This document shows, one piece after another, positions 8,939 to 17,677 of a stretch of 64,000 nt of DNA. The translations under genes and the position numbers were made by a program. How positions within the stretch are numbered: position 1 is the first letter of the stretch; every line of letters starts with the position of its first letter. A model generated the notes under the pieces. The model saw nothing but the letters and a program-made list of their open reading frames with translations. It ran no database searches and was not told the origin of the DNA. Location of the stretch: the IMG/VR virus record IMGVR_UViG_3300012964_000003, positions 1 through 64,000 of that record; one strand, 5' to 3'. The stretch comes from a virus.

Positions 8939-9385
8939 TTAGACGTTGGCAGACACTTTCTGTTGTTCCCCTGGTAGAACCTCCTTCACTCCTACGATTC
9001 TGGCGTACGCTGTCAGTGCCTTGTTCTGTCCCCTGGTTGCCTCTAGGGCTGCATTCAGGTCAACATCGTAGGCCTGACTGAGCTGCCAGAACCGATTCCA
9101 GAAGGCAAGAGAATGGTACTCCTGTTGAAGAACGAGATGGGCCAGGGCGTGCATCAGAGCAATACGTTGCCCCATCTCGTCTGTGCCGGCACGCATCACG
9201 ATGATTGCGCCACCAGCACCAACAGAGGCAGAGCTGTCTGCGCGACCCTTGGCCTGACGAAAGGTCTTCCAGACCAATTCTGGCAGCAGGTCAGGTTGCG
9301 TTGAGTCAACTATTACCTGCTCCTCTTTGCAGACATCTTGCACAATCTGGTTGGCCCAATGAGGTGGAACGACTGTGCTGTCCAT
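8939..9385 (-). CDS. hypothetical protein
   Basis: 148-aa ORF. Contains MHALAHLV, which is not a canonical HExxH. Confidence 0.45.
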   Translation of the reverse strand: MDSTVVPPHWANQIVQDVCKEEQVIVDSTQPDLLPELVWKTFRQAKGRADSSASVGAGGAIIVMRAGTDEMGQRIALMHALAHLVLQQEYHSLAFWNRFWQLSQAYDVDLNAALEATRGQNKALTAYARIVGVKEVLPGEQQKVSANV

Positions 9386-9396
9386 GTTCCCTCCTT

Positions 9397-9768
9397 CTAT
9401 GCTGCTTGCTTCTTCTTGGGGGCAATCCGCACCACAAAGTAGGCGCGGTGACAGGCCAGACCCTGAACGACATGCTTGCCGTCCGCCGCTGGCTCCTTCG
9501 AGCTGTACTTATCGTACAGCTCTGGGCGGTTCTCTCGGAACAGACGCTCGTTGAAGTCGAAGTAGTCCGAGCTGATGTGGGTGGCATCCACAATGCGCGC
9601 TTGCCCTTCAAGATGGACGCGCTTTCGGTCACCCACGAACTTGGCCAGCTCATCGTAGAGCGCCCTGCGCTCTTTGTCCAGTGCGTCAATCTCGGCCTTG
9701 CACTGGTTGTAACGAGCGAACTTGGTTGCTGCTTGGCTGTTGTTCATGGCTCCTCCTTTGACTACCAT
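9397..9768 (-). CDS. hypothetical protein
   Basis: ORF track. Confidence 0.4.
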   Translation of the reverse strand: MVVKGGAMNNSQAATKFARYNQCKAEIDALDKERRALYDELAKFVGDRKRVHLEGQARIVDATHISSDYFDFNERLFRENRPELYDKYSSKEPAADGKHVVQGLACHRAYFVVRIAPKKKQAA

Positions 9769-10196
9769 TCCTGTACCAGCCCATCGGGTAGGACTATGCG
9801 TACTGGCTTGCCAACCTTGACCGCATAGCGAACTGTGGCCCAGGTACCGCTGCCACGCTTAATGTTCTTCTCGCTGTCGGGGACGGCAATGAGAACATCC
9901 GTGACATCAACAATCTCGTGGTTGCGCTGAAGGTACGGCAAAGGTGCCAGCATGATGTCGCCGAAGGTGAAAGCTCTTGCCTTCGCGTCTTCCGGCGGAT
10001 GCACAACAACCTTGTACCCCGCCAGGGCGGCAATGACACCTGCCTCTTCATCAGCCCCGATACAATCCCCGTGATGGAACTCCTTGCCGCCCAGCAGGCA
10101 GAGCAAGCTCTCCACCCGCTCGCGTTGGGCGTCGGTCATCCCCTTGTGTGTGCCTGTGAATCCGATGTTCACCTCAGTCCACCTTCTTCCGGCCAT
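9762..10196 (-). CDS. Rossmann-like protein, possibly in the DprA/Smf-LOG (SLOG) superfamily
   Basis: Start trimmed to MAGRRW. The pattern IGFTGTHKGMT...EFHHGDCIGAD...VVVHP is reminiscent of SLOG/DUF2493-type phage proteins. This assignment is tentative. Confidence 0.35.
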   Translation of the reverse strand: MAGRRWTEVNIGFTGTHKGMTDAQRERVESLLCLLGGKEFHHGDCIGADEEAGVIAALAGYKVVVHPPEDAKARAFTFGDIMLAPLPYLQRNHEIVDVTDVLIAVPDSEKNIKRGSGTWATVRYAVKVGKPVRIVLPDGLVQEW

Positions 10197-10563
10197 AGGC
10201 CCGAAGTTGCTCAAAAGCTGCCTCGTCCAGAAGCACAGGGTTCTCCTGCACAACCGGAATGCCAGCTTTACCTAGCCAGTAGTAGACCATGCCGGGAGAC
10301 ATCCCGAGCAGGATGCTCGCTCCGTGCACAGTCATGGGGAACTGGTGGAGCCTCTTGTGCCCAGAAGCACCCTTGACGGTTGTGGTCTTTCCACAAAGTG
10401 AACACACTTCATGGTCAAGGTGCGCATAAGTCCATGTTCCGCCCGGATACCCTGTTTGACCGCATCTTGGGCAAGCGACCTTACCCGAGTGGCCAGGTGT
10501 TGGTGGCCAGCCATATGAGCGCCGCCGAATGTGCAACTCCTTAGCCGTCGGCTCTCTACTCAT
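10174..10563 (-). CDS. zinc-ribbon plus helix-turn-helix DNA-binding protein, excisionase/MerR-like HTH
   Basis: CPRCG...CSLCG zinc ribbon, followed by MTVHGASILLGMSPGMVYYWLGKAGIPVV, an excisionase-type HTH. Confidence 0.5.
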   Translation of the reverse strand: MSREPTAKELHIRRRSYGWPPTPGHSGKVACPRCGQTGYPGGTWTYAHLDHEVCSLCGKTTTVKGASGHKRLHQFPMTVHGASILLGMSPGMVYYWLGKAGIPVVQENPVLLDEAAFEQLRAYGRKKVD

Positions 10564-11006
10564 GGCTGTCCTCTTTTCTTTGGCTTGTAGGCATCGCCCG
10601 CCGGAGCAATCGTCACTCGTCCCTCTGTTGCCTTAGCGCGCATGTAGCGAAGTGGAACGTCCAAGTACCGGTTGTACAGGGTCATAACCATTCTTGCGAA
10701 CTCTGGCCCATGACCCGCTGGGCTGCTTCCCAGACGGCAGTGGATGATGTGGTGCGCCATCTCGTGAATGACGATGCGTGGTTTCATGGAGTACTCGCCA
10801 AAGCGAATTCTTCCAACAAACTCGCACCAAGCTCCCGAGCTGTGCCGGCGAAAACGTACCCTTGGGGCCGTGACATCCCAGTCCTTGGCAATAGCCTCGA
10901 CCAATGCGACAACTTCATCACGAGTCATACTGCGGTTACCCGTCTCGTGCGTGAACAGTGACGCATACTCCCAGTCGTAGACTCGTCTTCTCTGTGAATC
11001 TCTCAT
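10560..11006 (-). CDS. HExxH zinc-metallopeptidase-like protein
   Basis: VIHEMAHHIIH motif. Start moved to MRDSQRRR, which has RBS AGGGAAGGAG. The track's upstream Met is the AUG inside the CUGAUGAGG core of hammerhead-like unit A. Confidence 0.55.
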   Translation of the reverse strand: MRDSQRRRVYDWEYASLFTHETGNRSMTRDEVVALVEAIAKDWDVTAPRVRFRRHSSGAWCEFVGRIRFGEYSMKPRIVIHEMAHHIIHCRLGSSPAGHGPEFARMVMTLYNRYLDVPLRYMRAKATEGRVTIAPAGDAYKPKKRGQP

Positions 11007-11018
11007 GGTTGCTCCTTC

Positions 11019-11092
11019 CCTCAGCTGCCTCATCAGTTCCAGAGAGCTGACCTCTGCAAGACCGAACCCTTGCGGGGGTTCGGTTTCGGCCT
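11019..11092 (-). ncRNA. hammerhead-ribozyme-like element, type II topology, unit A
   Basis: Minus strand reads GGCC-GAAA, then stem III CCGAACCC/GGGUUCGG, then GUC, then stem I with loop GUCAGCU, then CUGAUGA, then GGCAGCUGAGG. The loop UCAGCU pairs with the flank AGCUGA. It is preceded by a 10-bp GC hairpin after the ParB stop. Confidence 0.55.
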
Positions 11093-11131
11093 AAGTGGGG
11101 GCCGCGCGCATCTCGCGGCCCCCACACCCAA

Positions 11132-11971
11132 CTACACCGGCTCAGGATATGGCTCGGGGTTGGCTCCGCCGGGCCGGTAGTGCACGACGTCCATGGCGTA
11201 GCCTTTGCGGAAGGCATTCCAGCACTTGATGGCATACGCCATCATGACGTAGCCGTCGTTGGCCTCGTACTCTGCGCGAGCTGCGTTGGCCGTCAGCACC
11301 CGCCTAAAGGTGGCCGCTGGCGACTTAGGACCACTACCTCCTGTCTCCACAGAGACCCAAAAGGCTTCGGCGTCATCAGGTGATATGCTGTGGAACAAGT
11401 GGTCCGCCAGTGCGAACCAAGTGGCGCTCATGCCATGGAGAAGATGCTCTAGCCGTGCCGCTCTACGAGCAACACGGTCAACCTCCTCCTGGTGCTTGAC
11501 GTAGTAGTCCCACAGCTCCCACTGGGTAAATGGCCTGCTGCGGTGACCCAGCTTCACGCCACGCAGACCGACTTCCCAACAGGCGAACAGCCGCGTGCTT
11601 GAAGCCACAAGAGTGGCATAGTGCACGCCTCGAATCTGCAAGGCGTCCCCGAAGGTTCGCTTCATGCCGGTGTCCATGATGAGCTGGGTATCCGGGTCTA
11701 CGTTGCGAACTACAACACCCCAGACAGAGACGCCAGCCTGGAGAATGGCCATATAGCGATGCTGGCCGTCCAAAATGACGCCATCTGGGGCATGACGGTA
11801 TGGAGACCCATCATTCATCCAATGACCCGCCTTCATGTCGCGTGCCAGAGCGGCTACCCGCTCAACGCGAATGTGGCGGTTGCGCTCATTGAGCTGAAGT
11901 CGAGCCGCCGCCGTCTCCGGCGTGATAAGCTCCAAGTCTATCTGAAGCGCCGGACGCTTTGGTACTGCCAT
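11132..11971 (-). CDS. ParB-like nuclease domain protein
   Basis: N-terminal ParB/Srx motifs: ELITPETAAARLQLNERNRHIRVERVAALARDMKAGHW and VILDGQHR. Confidence 0.75.
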   Translation of the reverse strand: MAVPKRPALQIDLELITPETAAARLQLNERNRHIRVERVAALARDMKAGHWMNDGSPYRHAPDGVILDGQHRYMAILQAGVSVWGVVVRNVDPDTQLIMDTGMKRTFGDALQIRGVHYATLVASSTRLFACWEVGLRGVKLGHRSRPFTQWELWDYYVKHQEEVDRVARRAARLEHLLHGMSATWFALADHLFHSISPDDAEAFWVSVETGGSGPKSPAATFRRVLTANAARAEYEANDGYVMMAYAIKCWNAFRKGYAMDVVHYRPGGANPEPYPEPV

Positions 11972-11980
11972 GAGTTCCTC

Positions 11981-12214
11981 CTATGTGATTTCTGAGTCTT
12001 CCAGTGGCCCATCGGTTACAGGCATGCGCTTACCTGCCTCCTTGTAGGCATTCTGCAATTTACGCCGGACCTTGAGCCACTTCTTGCGTGCTTCCTGCGC
12101 CTCCTTTCGGGCACTTCCTGCTGCCTCTCGTGTCTCCTTTTCGACCTTGATGGCTGCAGAGTAGGCATCTCGAGCATCCTTCTCTGCAGATGACAGTCGC
12201 TCTAGAGAGGCCAT
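11981..12214 (-). CDS. small coiled-coil protein, about 77 aa
   Basis: Start MASLERL, translationally coupled (TGATG) to the upstream small peptide. The longer track ORF has a low-complexity GC-type N-terminus. Confidence 0.45.
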   Translation of the reverse strand: MASLERLSSAEKDARDAYSAAIKVEKETREAAGSARKEAQEARKKWLKVRRKLQNAYKEAGKRMPVTDGPLEDSEIT

Positions 12215-12327
12215 CAGGCTCTCCGCTTGATGCGAGGAAGTGGCTTCAAGAAGGCCACAAGAAGGCACACCGCTCCTATGGTGCCAATCACCGCAGAGAG
12301 CGCACCCATCACTGCCACTATTGGCAT
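12211..12327 (-). CDS. 38-aa hydrophobic peptide, MPIVAVMGALSAVIGTIGAVCLLVAFLKPLPRIKRRA
   Basis: Hand-found. RBS AAGGAG sits 5 nt upstream of the ATG. One predicted TM helix. Its stop overlaps the next start as TGATG. Too short for the ORF track. Confidence 0.35.
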
Positions 12328-12341
12328 AGCATCTCCTTTCT

Positions 12342-12407
12342 TCTAGAGACCTCATCAGCTGGCGTATCACGCCAGGACGCGGACGGAAGTCCGCGTTTCG
12401 GTCTAGA
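12342..12407 (-). ncRNA. hammerhead-ribozyme-like element, type II, with a complete stem II, unit B
   Basis: Minus strand reads UCUAGACC-GAAA, then III CGCGGAC/GUCCGCG with loop UUCC, then GUC, then I CUGGCG/CGCCAG with loop UGAUA, then CUGAUGA, then GGUCUCUAGA. The flanks pair as GGUC/GACC plus UAGA/UCUA, so stem II is about 8 bp with a bulge. Confidence 0.6.
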
Positions 12408-12471
12408 CTATGCTCCAAACAAGGCTCGGATGCTGACGATGTGCTGCCTGGGGGGCCACGTCCAGGTCGCC

Positions 12472-12687
12472 TCATCGGATTTTCCTGAGCGTGATTTCCC
12501 ACTCCGCATCGGCGCGTTCTGGGTGAAACCATCCCCCATCGAGCGTGTTCCCGATGAGAACCGTGAGGTGCTGCACCTCATCGCCGTAGGTATTCGGTGG
12601 GCCACCAAGCACGGCAGCACCACCGAAAGCGTCCACCAGCAGCGGCGTTAGCCTGCGGGCCATCCTGCACGCCTCGCTCATGTCTGT
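12472..12687 (-). CDS. hypothetical protein
   Basis: ORF track, with the start trimmed to an internal Met. Confidence 0.4.
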   Translation of the reverse strand, partial: TDMSEACRMARRLTPLLVDAFGGAAVLGGPPNTYGDEVQHLTVLIGNTLDGGWFHPERADAEWEITLRKIR

Positions 12688-12715
12688 CATCCGGCACCCC
12701 ACTCCCACCAACCTC

Positions 12716-13048
12716 CTAGGGCCATGGGTGCACCTCCCTGTTCTCGTCCAGAAGAATATGGCGTGCTCTGCTTACCGCCAGACGACGTTGCTCTACGCCT
12801 CCAGGTTCGAGTGGCAAGTCCCAGGCATTCAGCATGTCTTGCAGAGCCATCACGACCTGTTGGTGTCGCTCTTGTCGCGGAGTCAGTGGACGCAGAATGG
12901 GCGTGCCAATCCAGCGAAGATGACCGCGCTCGCTCGAGAGCCTCAGTGCAATCTCCGTGGCATCGCGAGGATTGTCAGCCATCACTGTGATTGTGGTGCT
13001 CCAGCTGAACTCCTCAAAACCAACGGGGACCATGTACTTGTTCTTCAC
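12716..13048 (-). CDS. hypothetical protein
   Basis: 110-aa ORF with an upstream RBS-like sequence. Confidence 0.45.
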   Translation of the reverse strand: MKNKYMVPVGFEEFSWSTTITVMADNPRDATEIALRLSSERGHLRWIGTPILRPLTPRQERHQQVVMALQDMLNAWDLPLEPGGVEQRRLAVSRARHILLDENREVHPWP

Positions 13049-13485
13049 TTGCCCCTCCCCTCGCGTTCTGCCGCAACCTCTCTGGCGACAATGACTCGAT
13101 ATTGTCCCACTAGCTTGATGACCTTCTTTCTCTCCAATGGAAACAGTGGAGCTCGTCCTTCTGGACAGGAGAAGTCAAGGCCACGCACTGTCCCAAAGAC
13201 CCGACATGTGAATGGGCGGTCCTCGTATATGGAGCAGCCGTGGGGGGTCTTGAAGACACAAGCGTATAGCATCTCTCCATGGTCCCGAACCACCTGGGCA
13301 GGAATCACCGTTCCTGCAATGGTGCCTTGAGTTAGGAATGTGCAAGTCTTGTGCTTGAGATGCTTGAGATGCCGTTTAGCCCGCCGCCATTCACTTGGGC
13401 TGAATGGAGTTGGGCCGCAGCATTTGTCGCAGTTCTGCTTGCAGGGGACGGAAGGGCATTGCGCGTACAGGTCTTCCAACTCCAT
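13045..13485 (-). CDS. YkgJ-family zinc/iron-chelating Cys-rich protein
   Basis: Start MELEDL with RBS AAAGGAGGTG. CKQNCDKCCGPTPFS matches the CxxxCxxCC motif of YkgJ-type proteins. Confidence 0.55.
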   Translation of the reverse strand: MELEDLYAQCPSVPCKQNCDKCCGPTPFSPSEWRRAKRHLKHLKHKTCTFLTQGTIAGTVIPAQVVRDHGEMLYACVFKTPHGCSIYEDRPFTCRVFGTVRGLDFSCPEGRAPLFPLERKKVIKLVGQYRVIVAREVAAEREGRGK

Positions 13486-13498
13486 CTGGCACCTCCTT

Positions 13499-13562
13499 TC
13501 TGGCGGCCTCATCGGTGTCCGCATCACGGACAGACGCCAGGCTTGCGCCCGGCGTTTCGGCC
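13499..13562 (-). ncRNA. hammerhead-ribozyme-like element, type II, variant core CCGAUGA, unit C
   Basis: The stop codon UAG abuts GCC-GAAA. Stem III is 8 bp with a GCAA tetraloop, then GUC. Stem I is UGUCCG/CGGACA with loop UGAUG. The core has C in place of U4, which may mean reduced activity or inactivity. Flanks pair as GGCC/GGCC. Confidence 0.45.
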
Positions 13563-13756
13563 TATGCCACGCGGTCGATGTGGAATCGAAAGAGAGCACC
13601 GTCCTTCATGGACATGAAGAACTTCGCATTCTCTCTGCCGCCCGATTCCGGACGAGCCTGGTTTCCTTCGATGCCGGTGATGATGGCTCCTCGCTCACCA
13701 AACTTGGTGCCGAGAAGTGAAACCACCTCCTGTGCCATCTGCATAGCGGTGAACGC
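13562..13756 (-). CDS. small hypothetical protein
   Basis: Probable GTG start after AGGAGG. Confidence 0.35.
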   Translation of the reverse strand, partial: AFTAMQMAQEVVSLLGTKFGERGAIITGIEGNQARPESGGRENAKFFMSMKDGALFRFHIDRVA

Positions 13757-13873
13757 CACCGTTATCACCTCCTCTCCATAGGGGTGGACCGCTGCCGCCC
13801 TGTACAGGTGGTGAGGCTGCCACCCGGCGCGACCTCGCGGTCGCACACGGACGACAGCGGCCCATGCTAAGCC

Positions 13874-14089
13874 TCACCTATAGGGCGGAGAATTGTTCTC
13901 GCAGAAGGCTGCCAGTTCTGCTGGCGACTCACCGTCGTCACCCACCTCAACACACCACGGCTTCAGGTCTTCACCGCACAGAGGACAAGAGCCAGTGAAC
14001 TTACTGTCACTGGCACAACCACACTCCGGACAGCGCCACTCTGAAGCGCTACAGGGGACCTTGCTCGGGCAAGGAACGGGTGCGTCCAT
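13874..14089 (-). CDS. Cys-rich zinc-ribbon protein, 71 aa
   Basis: CPECGC and CPLCGE pairs. Confidence 0.45.
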   Translation of the reverse strand: MDAPVPCPSKVPCSASEWRCPECGCASDSKFTGSCPLCGEDLKPWCVEVGDDGESPAELAAFCENNSPPYR

Positions 14090-14092
14090 GGT

Positions 14093-14782
14093 TCACGCCT
14101 CCATCTCTGCACACTTTGGGCCCATGCCGCGATGGATACTAGCTGGCACGGTAAGCTTGCGCCCACACCGCCAGCAGTTGCCGCTCTCGAGGGCATAGGC
14201 GTACCCGAACTTGCCAGGGTCCTCGTCCGAGAGAAGAACATTCAGCGCTTGGATGTATGATTGCATCTCAGGCGTGTTGAACCGTCGCCAGACCTTGACC
14301 TGGTCGCCGAACACGAACGCAAAGGATGCGTAGTTGACCTCGTTGTCCGGGCCGAACAGATACTGAGCCTGCTGGGTTCCCTTGGGGAAGTCGCCCCAGT
14401 GCACCCGCTTGACACGGAGCGTGATGTGGCTGCCGTCAGCCGCCACTACGGTGTAGGTCCCGTCACGCAGCTTGGGCATGACTGGCTCCAGTGCGGGCGG
14501 TAGCTCCTCGACCTTGTGAGTCTCGCGGAGCACCTCCGCACGCATGCAGTTGAGAACGCCCTTGGCCTGGGCTGCGCTGAGACCGGGATTGTTCGTGCGC
14601 AGCACCGCTGCCTTCATGTCCAGCATGAACTCAAAGTCGCCGGTGTAGTTGGCCGCGAACAACTCCGCAGCCGTTTGTAGGTCAGGGCTGTTCTCAATCT
14701 CTTCCGACGTAAACCGGTGGTCTGGGTTGGCTAGGATGAACTTGCGCACCTGGTCAACCGAGTCAGTCAAGAATGCCAACAT
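14093..14782 (-). CDS. hypothetical protein with a C-terminal zinc-ribbon motif resembling DUF6011 of actinobacteriophages
   Basis: C-terminal CWRCGRKLTVPASIHRGMGPKCA. RBS AAGGAGAGGAG. The DUF6011 comparison is from memory. Confidence 0.5.
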   Translation of the reverse strand: MLAFLTDSVDQVRKFILANPDHRFTSEEIENSPDLQTAAELFAANYTGDFEFMLDMKAAVLRTNNPGLSAAQAKGVLNCMRAEVLRETHKVEELPPALEPVMPKLRDGTYTVVAADGSHITLRVKRVHWGDFPKGTQQAQYLFGPDNEVNYASFAFVFGDQVKVWRRFNTPEMQSYIQALNVLLSDEDPGKFGYAYALESGNCWRCGRKLTVPASIHRGMGPKCAEMEA

Positions 14783-14800
14783 GGTTGCTCCTCTCCTTAT

Positions 14801-14866
14801 CGGCCTGCCTCTTCAGGTGTGAGCGGCCACCTCAACACGACGCGGAGCAGGTGCTCCGCGTTTCGG
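14801..14866 (-). ncRNA. hammerhead-ribozyme-like element, type II, core CUGAAGA, unit D
   Basis: UAA abuts CC-GAAA. III is CGCGGAGC/GCUCCGCG with loop ACCU, then GUC. Stem I loop GUGGCCG pairs with flank GGCC. Position N7 is A, which a hammerhead tolerates. Confidence 0.55.
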
Positions 14867-15087
14867 TTATCGATAGAATGGCTTGATATCTACCTCGAAC
14901 TCCGTGCCATCGAGGTCGATGAGGAACTCTGCACCGATGCGTCGGCCAACGATTTCCTCACGTAATGGCCGAACCGTTCCCACAAGCACAAACCGGCCAA
15001 GCAAAAGACGCACTTTCTTCATCCTAAAGGCGAGTTCCTCAGCTATCGCCAAGGCTACCGCCATGTCGTCTTTAGGCATGGCCATCC
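14867..15087 (-). CDS. hypothetical protein
   Basis: Start trimmed to MAMPKDDM, which follows AGGAAGGAGAGG. Confidence 0.4.
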
Positions 15088-15488
15088 TCTCCTTCCTGAG
15101 CTTGATTCTCCTCAGCCCAGTCCCAGATGAGCTTCTGGAGGTCTTCCTCTGTAGCCCATGCACGTGGCGACCAGCCCAACAGAACTACGTAGGTCAGGTC
15201 GTCCGTGCACATGTAGGGCTGGTTGGTGTCCTCGTCCCAACCGCACTTGTATGGTGGTCCCTGAGGCACCGGCACACTTGGGTCTCCTGCCGTCTGGTCG
15301 GCAATGGCATCGTCGCCACAGAGAGGACACTGACCCAGAACATCCTCGCTGGGCCCAATGGGGAACCAGCCACCCAGCTCGCCCTCGAACCGCAGGCCAT
15401 ACTTGGTGCGACAGGTGGGGCATGTGACCTCGCAGATGTCAACGCCCATGTAGCCGGTGGTCATGCCGGGTGGGTAGTTGCTAGGCAT
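15072..15488 (-). CDS. Cys-rich zinc-ribbon hypothetical protein
   Basis: Start MPSNYPP after GGAGAAGGTG. CPTC and CPLCG pairs. Confidence 0.45.
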   Translation of the reverse strand: MPSNYPPGMTTGYMGVDICEVTCPTCRTKYGLRFEGELGGWFPIGPSEDVLGQCPLCGDDAIADQTAGDPSVPVPQGPPYKCGWDEDTNQPYMCTDDLTYVVLLGWSPRAWATEEDLQKLIWDWAEENQAQEGEDGHA

Positions 15489-15804
15489 CAAGGTCACCTT
15501 CTCCGCCGAAGTCCACGCTGACCAGGTCACAGACCTGGTCGCCCTCCACCCAGAATCTACCCAGTTCAGAACCTGTGCTGGGCTCATGCTCTTCTTCCGG
15601 GTCGGCCTGGTTGTTGTAGGACCGGAACATCATTGCTGTGTGACGGGCGAACGCATGCCTGCTGTCCACGACGTCCATAATGAAGCGGTCCTCTTCCTGC
15701 AGATAGACGACGTTGACCGCCGCCATGGGTTTGCCATCGATGAACAAGTGGAATGCTCCGTTGGCTCCATCGACAGGCGCAAACTCAACAACGTGTCTGG
15801 CCAT
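15481..15804 (-). CDS. hypothetical protein
   Basis: Start MARHVVEF after AAGGAGGG. The track's longer ORF begins at a GUG inside stem I of the upstream element. Confidence 0.5.
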   Translation of the reverse strand: MARHVVEFAPVDGANGAFHLFIDGKPMAAVNVVYLQEEDRFIMDVVDSRHAFARHTAMMFRSYNNQADPEEEHEPSTGSELGRFWVEGDQVCDLVSVDFGGEGDLDA

Positions 15805-15819
15805 GACTCCCTCCTTGTA

Positions 15820-15888
15820 GTTGACCTGCCTCATCAGCTGCGCGACGGTCGCTCGCACAGAACCCTACCTTGCGGTAGGGTTTCGGCT
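15820..15888 (-). ncRNA. hammerhead-ribozyme-like element, type II, unit E
   Basis: UGA abuts GCC-GAAA. III is CCCUACC/GGUAGGG with loop GCAA, then GUU. Stem I is 8 bp with loop GCGACCG, then CUGAUGA, then GGCAGGUCAAC. Loop GACC pairs with flank GGUC. Confidence 0.6.
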
Positions 15889-16781
15889 CAGATGTGACAA
15901 TCCACCACCGTGATGACTGTGTCTGGGGGCAAAGAGTCGTACAGCTCTTGGACCGCATGATTCCAAGAATCCTGCTCGACCTCGTTGGTGGAGATACCCC
16001 ACCAACCCATGTCTCCACGGGCTACCCACTTGCCGTCCCTGACGATGGCATAGGGAACTCCGGCGTGCTCAATGGCAGCCGCAACGAATGCCTCACGGCC
16101 ACGCAAATAGGTGTCTGGCGTCTCATCCCAGGACAAAGGGAGCTTGTCCTTGAACGTTGCCTTGTCAAGAGCCTGAACTGCCTCTTGGCCCCCGTACACC
16201 TTGCGTGCAAACTCGACGTTGCTGTTCTCTCCCCTGACCTCTTCCCAAGACTGATACTCAGACAGGTCAAGGTGCCCGAGCACCTGCTCCAGCAAGTCGA
16301 AGTAGCTATTGGCCTTGCGAGCTGCTTCATTGCGCATGGCCTTGAAGTCGATATCCTTCGCCTTGAGCACATCGGCTGTGCCTGGGGAGGCCTCGTTGCC
16401 GAATACTCCCGGAACACCAAGGTGGCCATCAGCCCCTGGCTTCAACATGAAGAAGCCCATCCAGCGCCCGCCCACCTCGTACCAGTCCCACTTGCTATCC
16501 GGGTTGTAGGTCTTGTAGTACCGAATAGTCTTGCCCCAGAGGGCGTCCACAATGCTGGGACCGGGACCTGTGTCTCCATGACCGTTCCAGTCATCGAGAT
16601 GGCGAAGGAGGCCCTCGAGAGAATGCTGAGTGCTCTCTTCCTTGTTGTAGTACTCAGTCATTCTCTGAAGCTCTTCCTCGTCCATGTCGACGGGGTACGG
16701 GTCAACCTCTGTGTTCTCGTTGTAGGGAGCCAGCTGCTCTTCCACATTGCCTCCTATAACAACTACCGGAAAGTGACTCAT
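15888..16781 (-). CDS. hypothetical protein, 297 aa
   Basis: Long ORF, acidic, no motif recognised. Confidence 0.55.
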   Translation of the reverse strand: MSHFPVVVIGGNVEEQLAPYNENTEVDPYPVDMDEEELQRMTEYYNKEESTQHSLEGLLRHLDDWNGHGDTGPGPSIVDALWGKTIRYYKTYNPDSKWDWYEVGGRWMGFFMLKPGADGHLGVPGVFGNEASPGTADVLKAKDIDFKAMRNEAARKANSYFDLLEQVLGHLDLSEYQSWEEVRGENSNVEFARKVYGGQEAVQALDKATFKDKLPLSWDETPDTYLRGREAFVAAAIEHAGVPYAIVRDGKWVARGDMGWWGISTNEVEQDSWNHAVQELYDSLPPDTVITVVDCHI

Positions 16782-16797
16782 GCCAGTCTCCTTTCTT

Positions 16798-16887
16798 GTT
16801 TGACCTGCCTCATCAGTCTGTGGTTGGTCAGGCCACAGAGACGCCCTCAGCCGCGCTGATGGTCCCGCAGCTGGGGGCGTTTCGGCT
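16798..16887 (-). ncRNA. hammerhead-ribozyme-like element, type II, unit F
   Basis: UAA abuts GCC-GAAA. III has a 5-bp closing stem plus an extended hairpin, then GUC. Stem I is UCUGUGG/CCACAGA with loop CCUGACCAA. Loop UGACC pairs with flank GGUCA. Confidence 0.55.
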
Positions 16888-17372
16888 TACGGTTCTCCGA
16901 AGGGCACAGTCCTGCCCCGAACCGCCAGGTCACGGCGTGCCTTGTTCGGGTTGAAGCTCTTGTGAGTCCAGTCTGGCGGACGCTGGCGTGCTCGGTTCCA
17001 GTAGTTGAACGACTTGCCCCAGCGGTTTGGCCCCTCTTCTGGATCTGGAACAATCCAATATCGCACGATGCGCATGCTAGCGTTCGTGAACTTGTGGCCG
17101 TCGCTGGTGAAGTAGTCTCCCTTGACCTCAACAACGGCGAGAACCTGAGGATAGTTGACGTACTCCAGACAGAGATAGACCGTGCCGCAAGCATTGAGAC
17201 CAAGACAGAGACCGCGAACATTCTCGTGCCGCCACACCCCAGGCTTCCAGGGTGAATGGTCGTACATGCTCACGATGGCACCGGTGTCTCGGTCGACCCT
17301 CAATGCCTTCCAAAGATAGCGAGTGCCTGTGTGCTTGCATCTTTGGGTTTCATCATACCGTCGCTTTGTCAT
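16887..17372 (-). CDS. hypothetical protein
   Basis: Start MTKRRYDE after GAGAGGAGGAAG. The track Met at 17465 is the AUG created by a GAAAUG core variant. Confidence 0.5.
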   Translation of the reverse strand: MTKRRYDETQRCKHTGTRYLWKALRVDRDTGAIVSMYDHSPWKPGVWRHENVRGLCLGLNACGTVYLCLEYVNYPQVLAVVEVKGDYFTSDGHKFTNASMRIVRYWIVPDPEEGPNRWGKSFNYWNRARQRPPDWTHKSFNPNKARRDLAVRGRTVPFGEP

Positions 17373-17383
17373 GCTTCCTCCTC

Positions 17384-17470
17384 TCTTTGGCAGCCTCATC
17401 AGACCCGCCATGCCAAGGCGGGTGATGCGCCCGCACCCCAGTCGGGGTTCGGAGCACGGGCGCATTTCGG
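17384..17470 (-). ncRNA. hammerhead-ribozyme-like element, type II, GAAAU variant, unit G
   Basis: UAG overlaps CC-GAAAU. III is an 8-bp closing stem with internal elaboration, then AUC. Stem I is ACCCGCC/GGCGGGU with loop UUGGCAU. Loop UUGGCA pairs with flank UGCCAA (6 bp). Confidence 0.5.
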
Positions 17471-17674
17471 CTAGTCGGCGTCAACCCACTCCATGGTGGT
17501 CGCCAGCAAGTGGTTGTAGTCACCGCTGGTGGCCTCCTTGAGATAGGCGTCTTGCTCTTCATTGGAGACGCCAGCACGATGCATGGCCTGCGTTACTCGG
17601 GCCAAGATGGCGAAGGCGTTACCGTCCTCGCCAACCAGGTCGACGTGTACCTCTGGGTGCCTGATGTCGGCCAT
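17471..17674 (-). CDS. hypothetical protein, 67 aa
   Basis: ORF track. Confidence 0.45.
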   Translation of the reverse strand: MADIRHPEVHVDLVGEDGNAFAILARVTQAMHRAGVSNEEQDAYLKEATSGDYNHLLATTMEWVDAD

Positions 17675-17677
17675 CGG

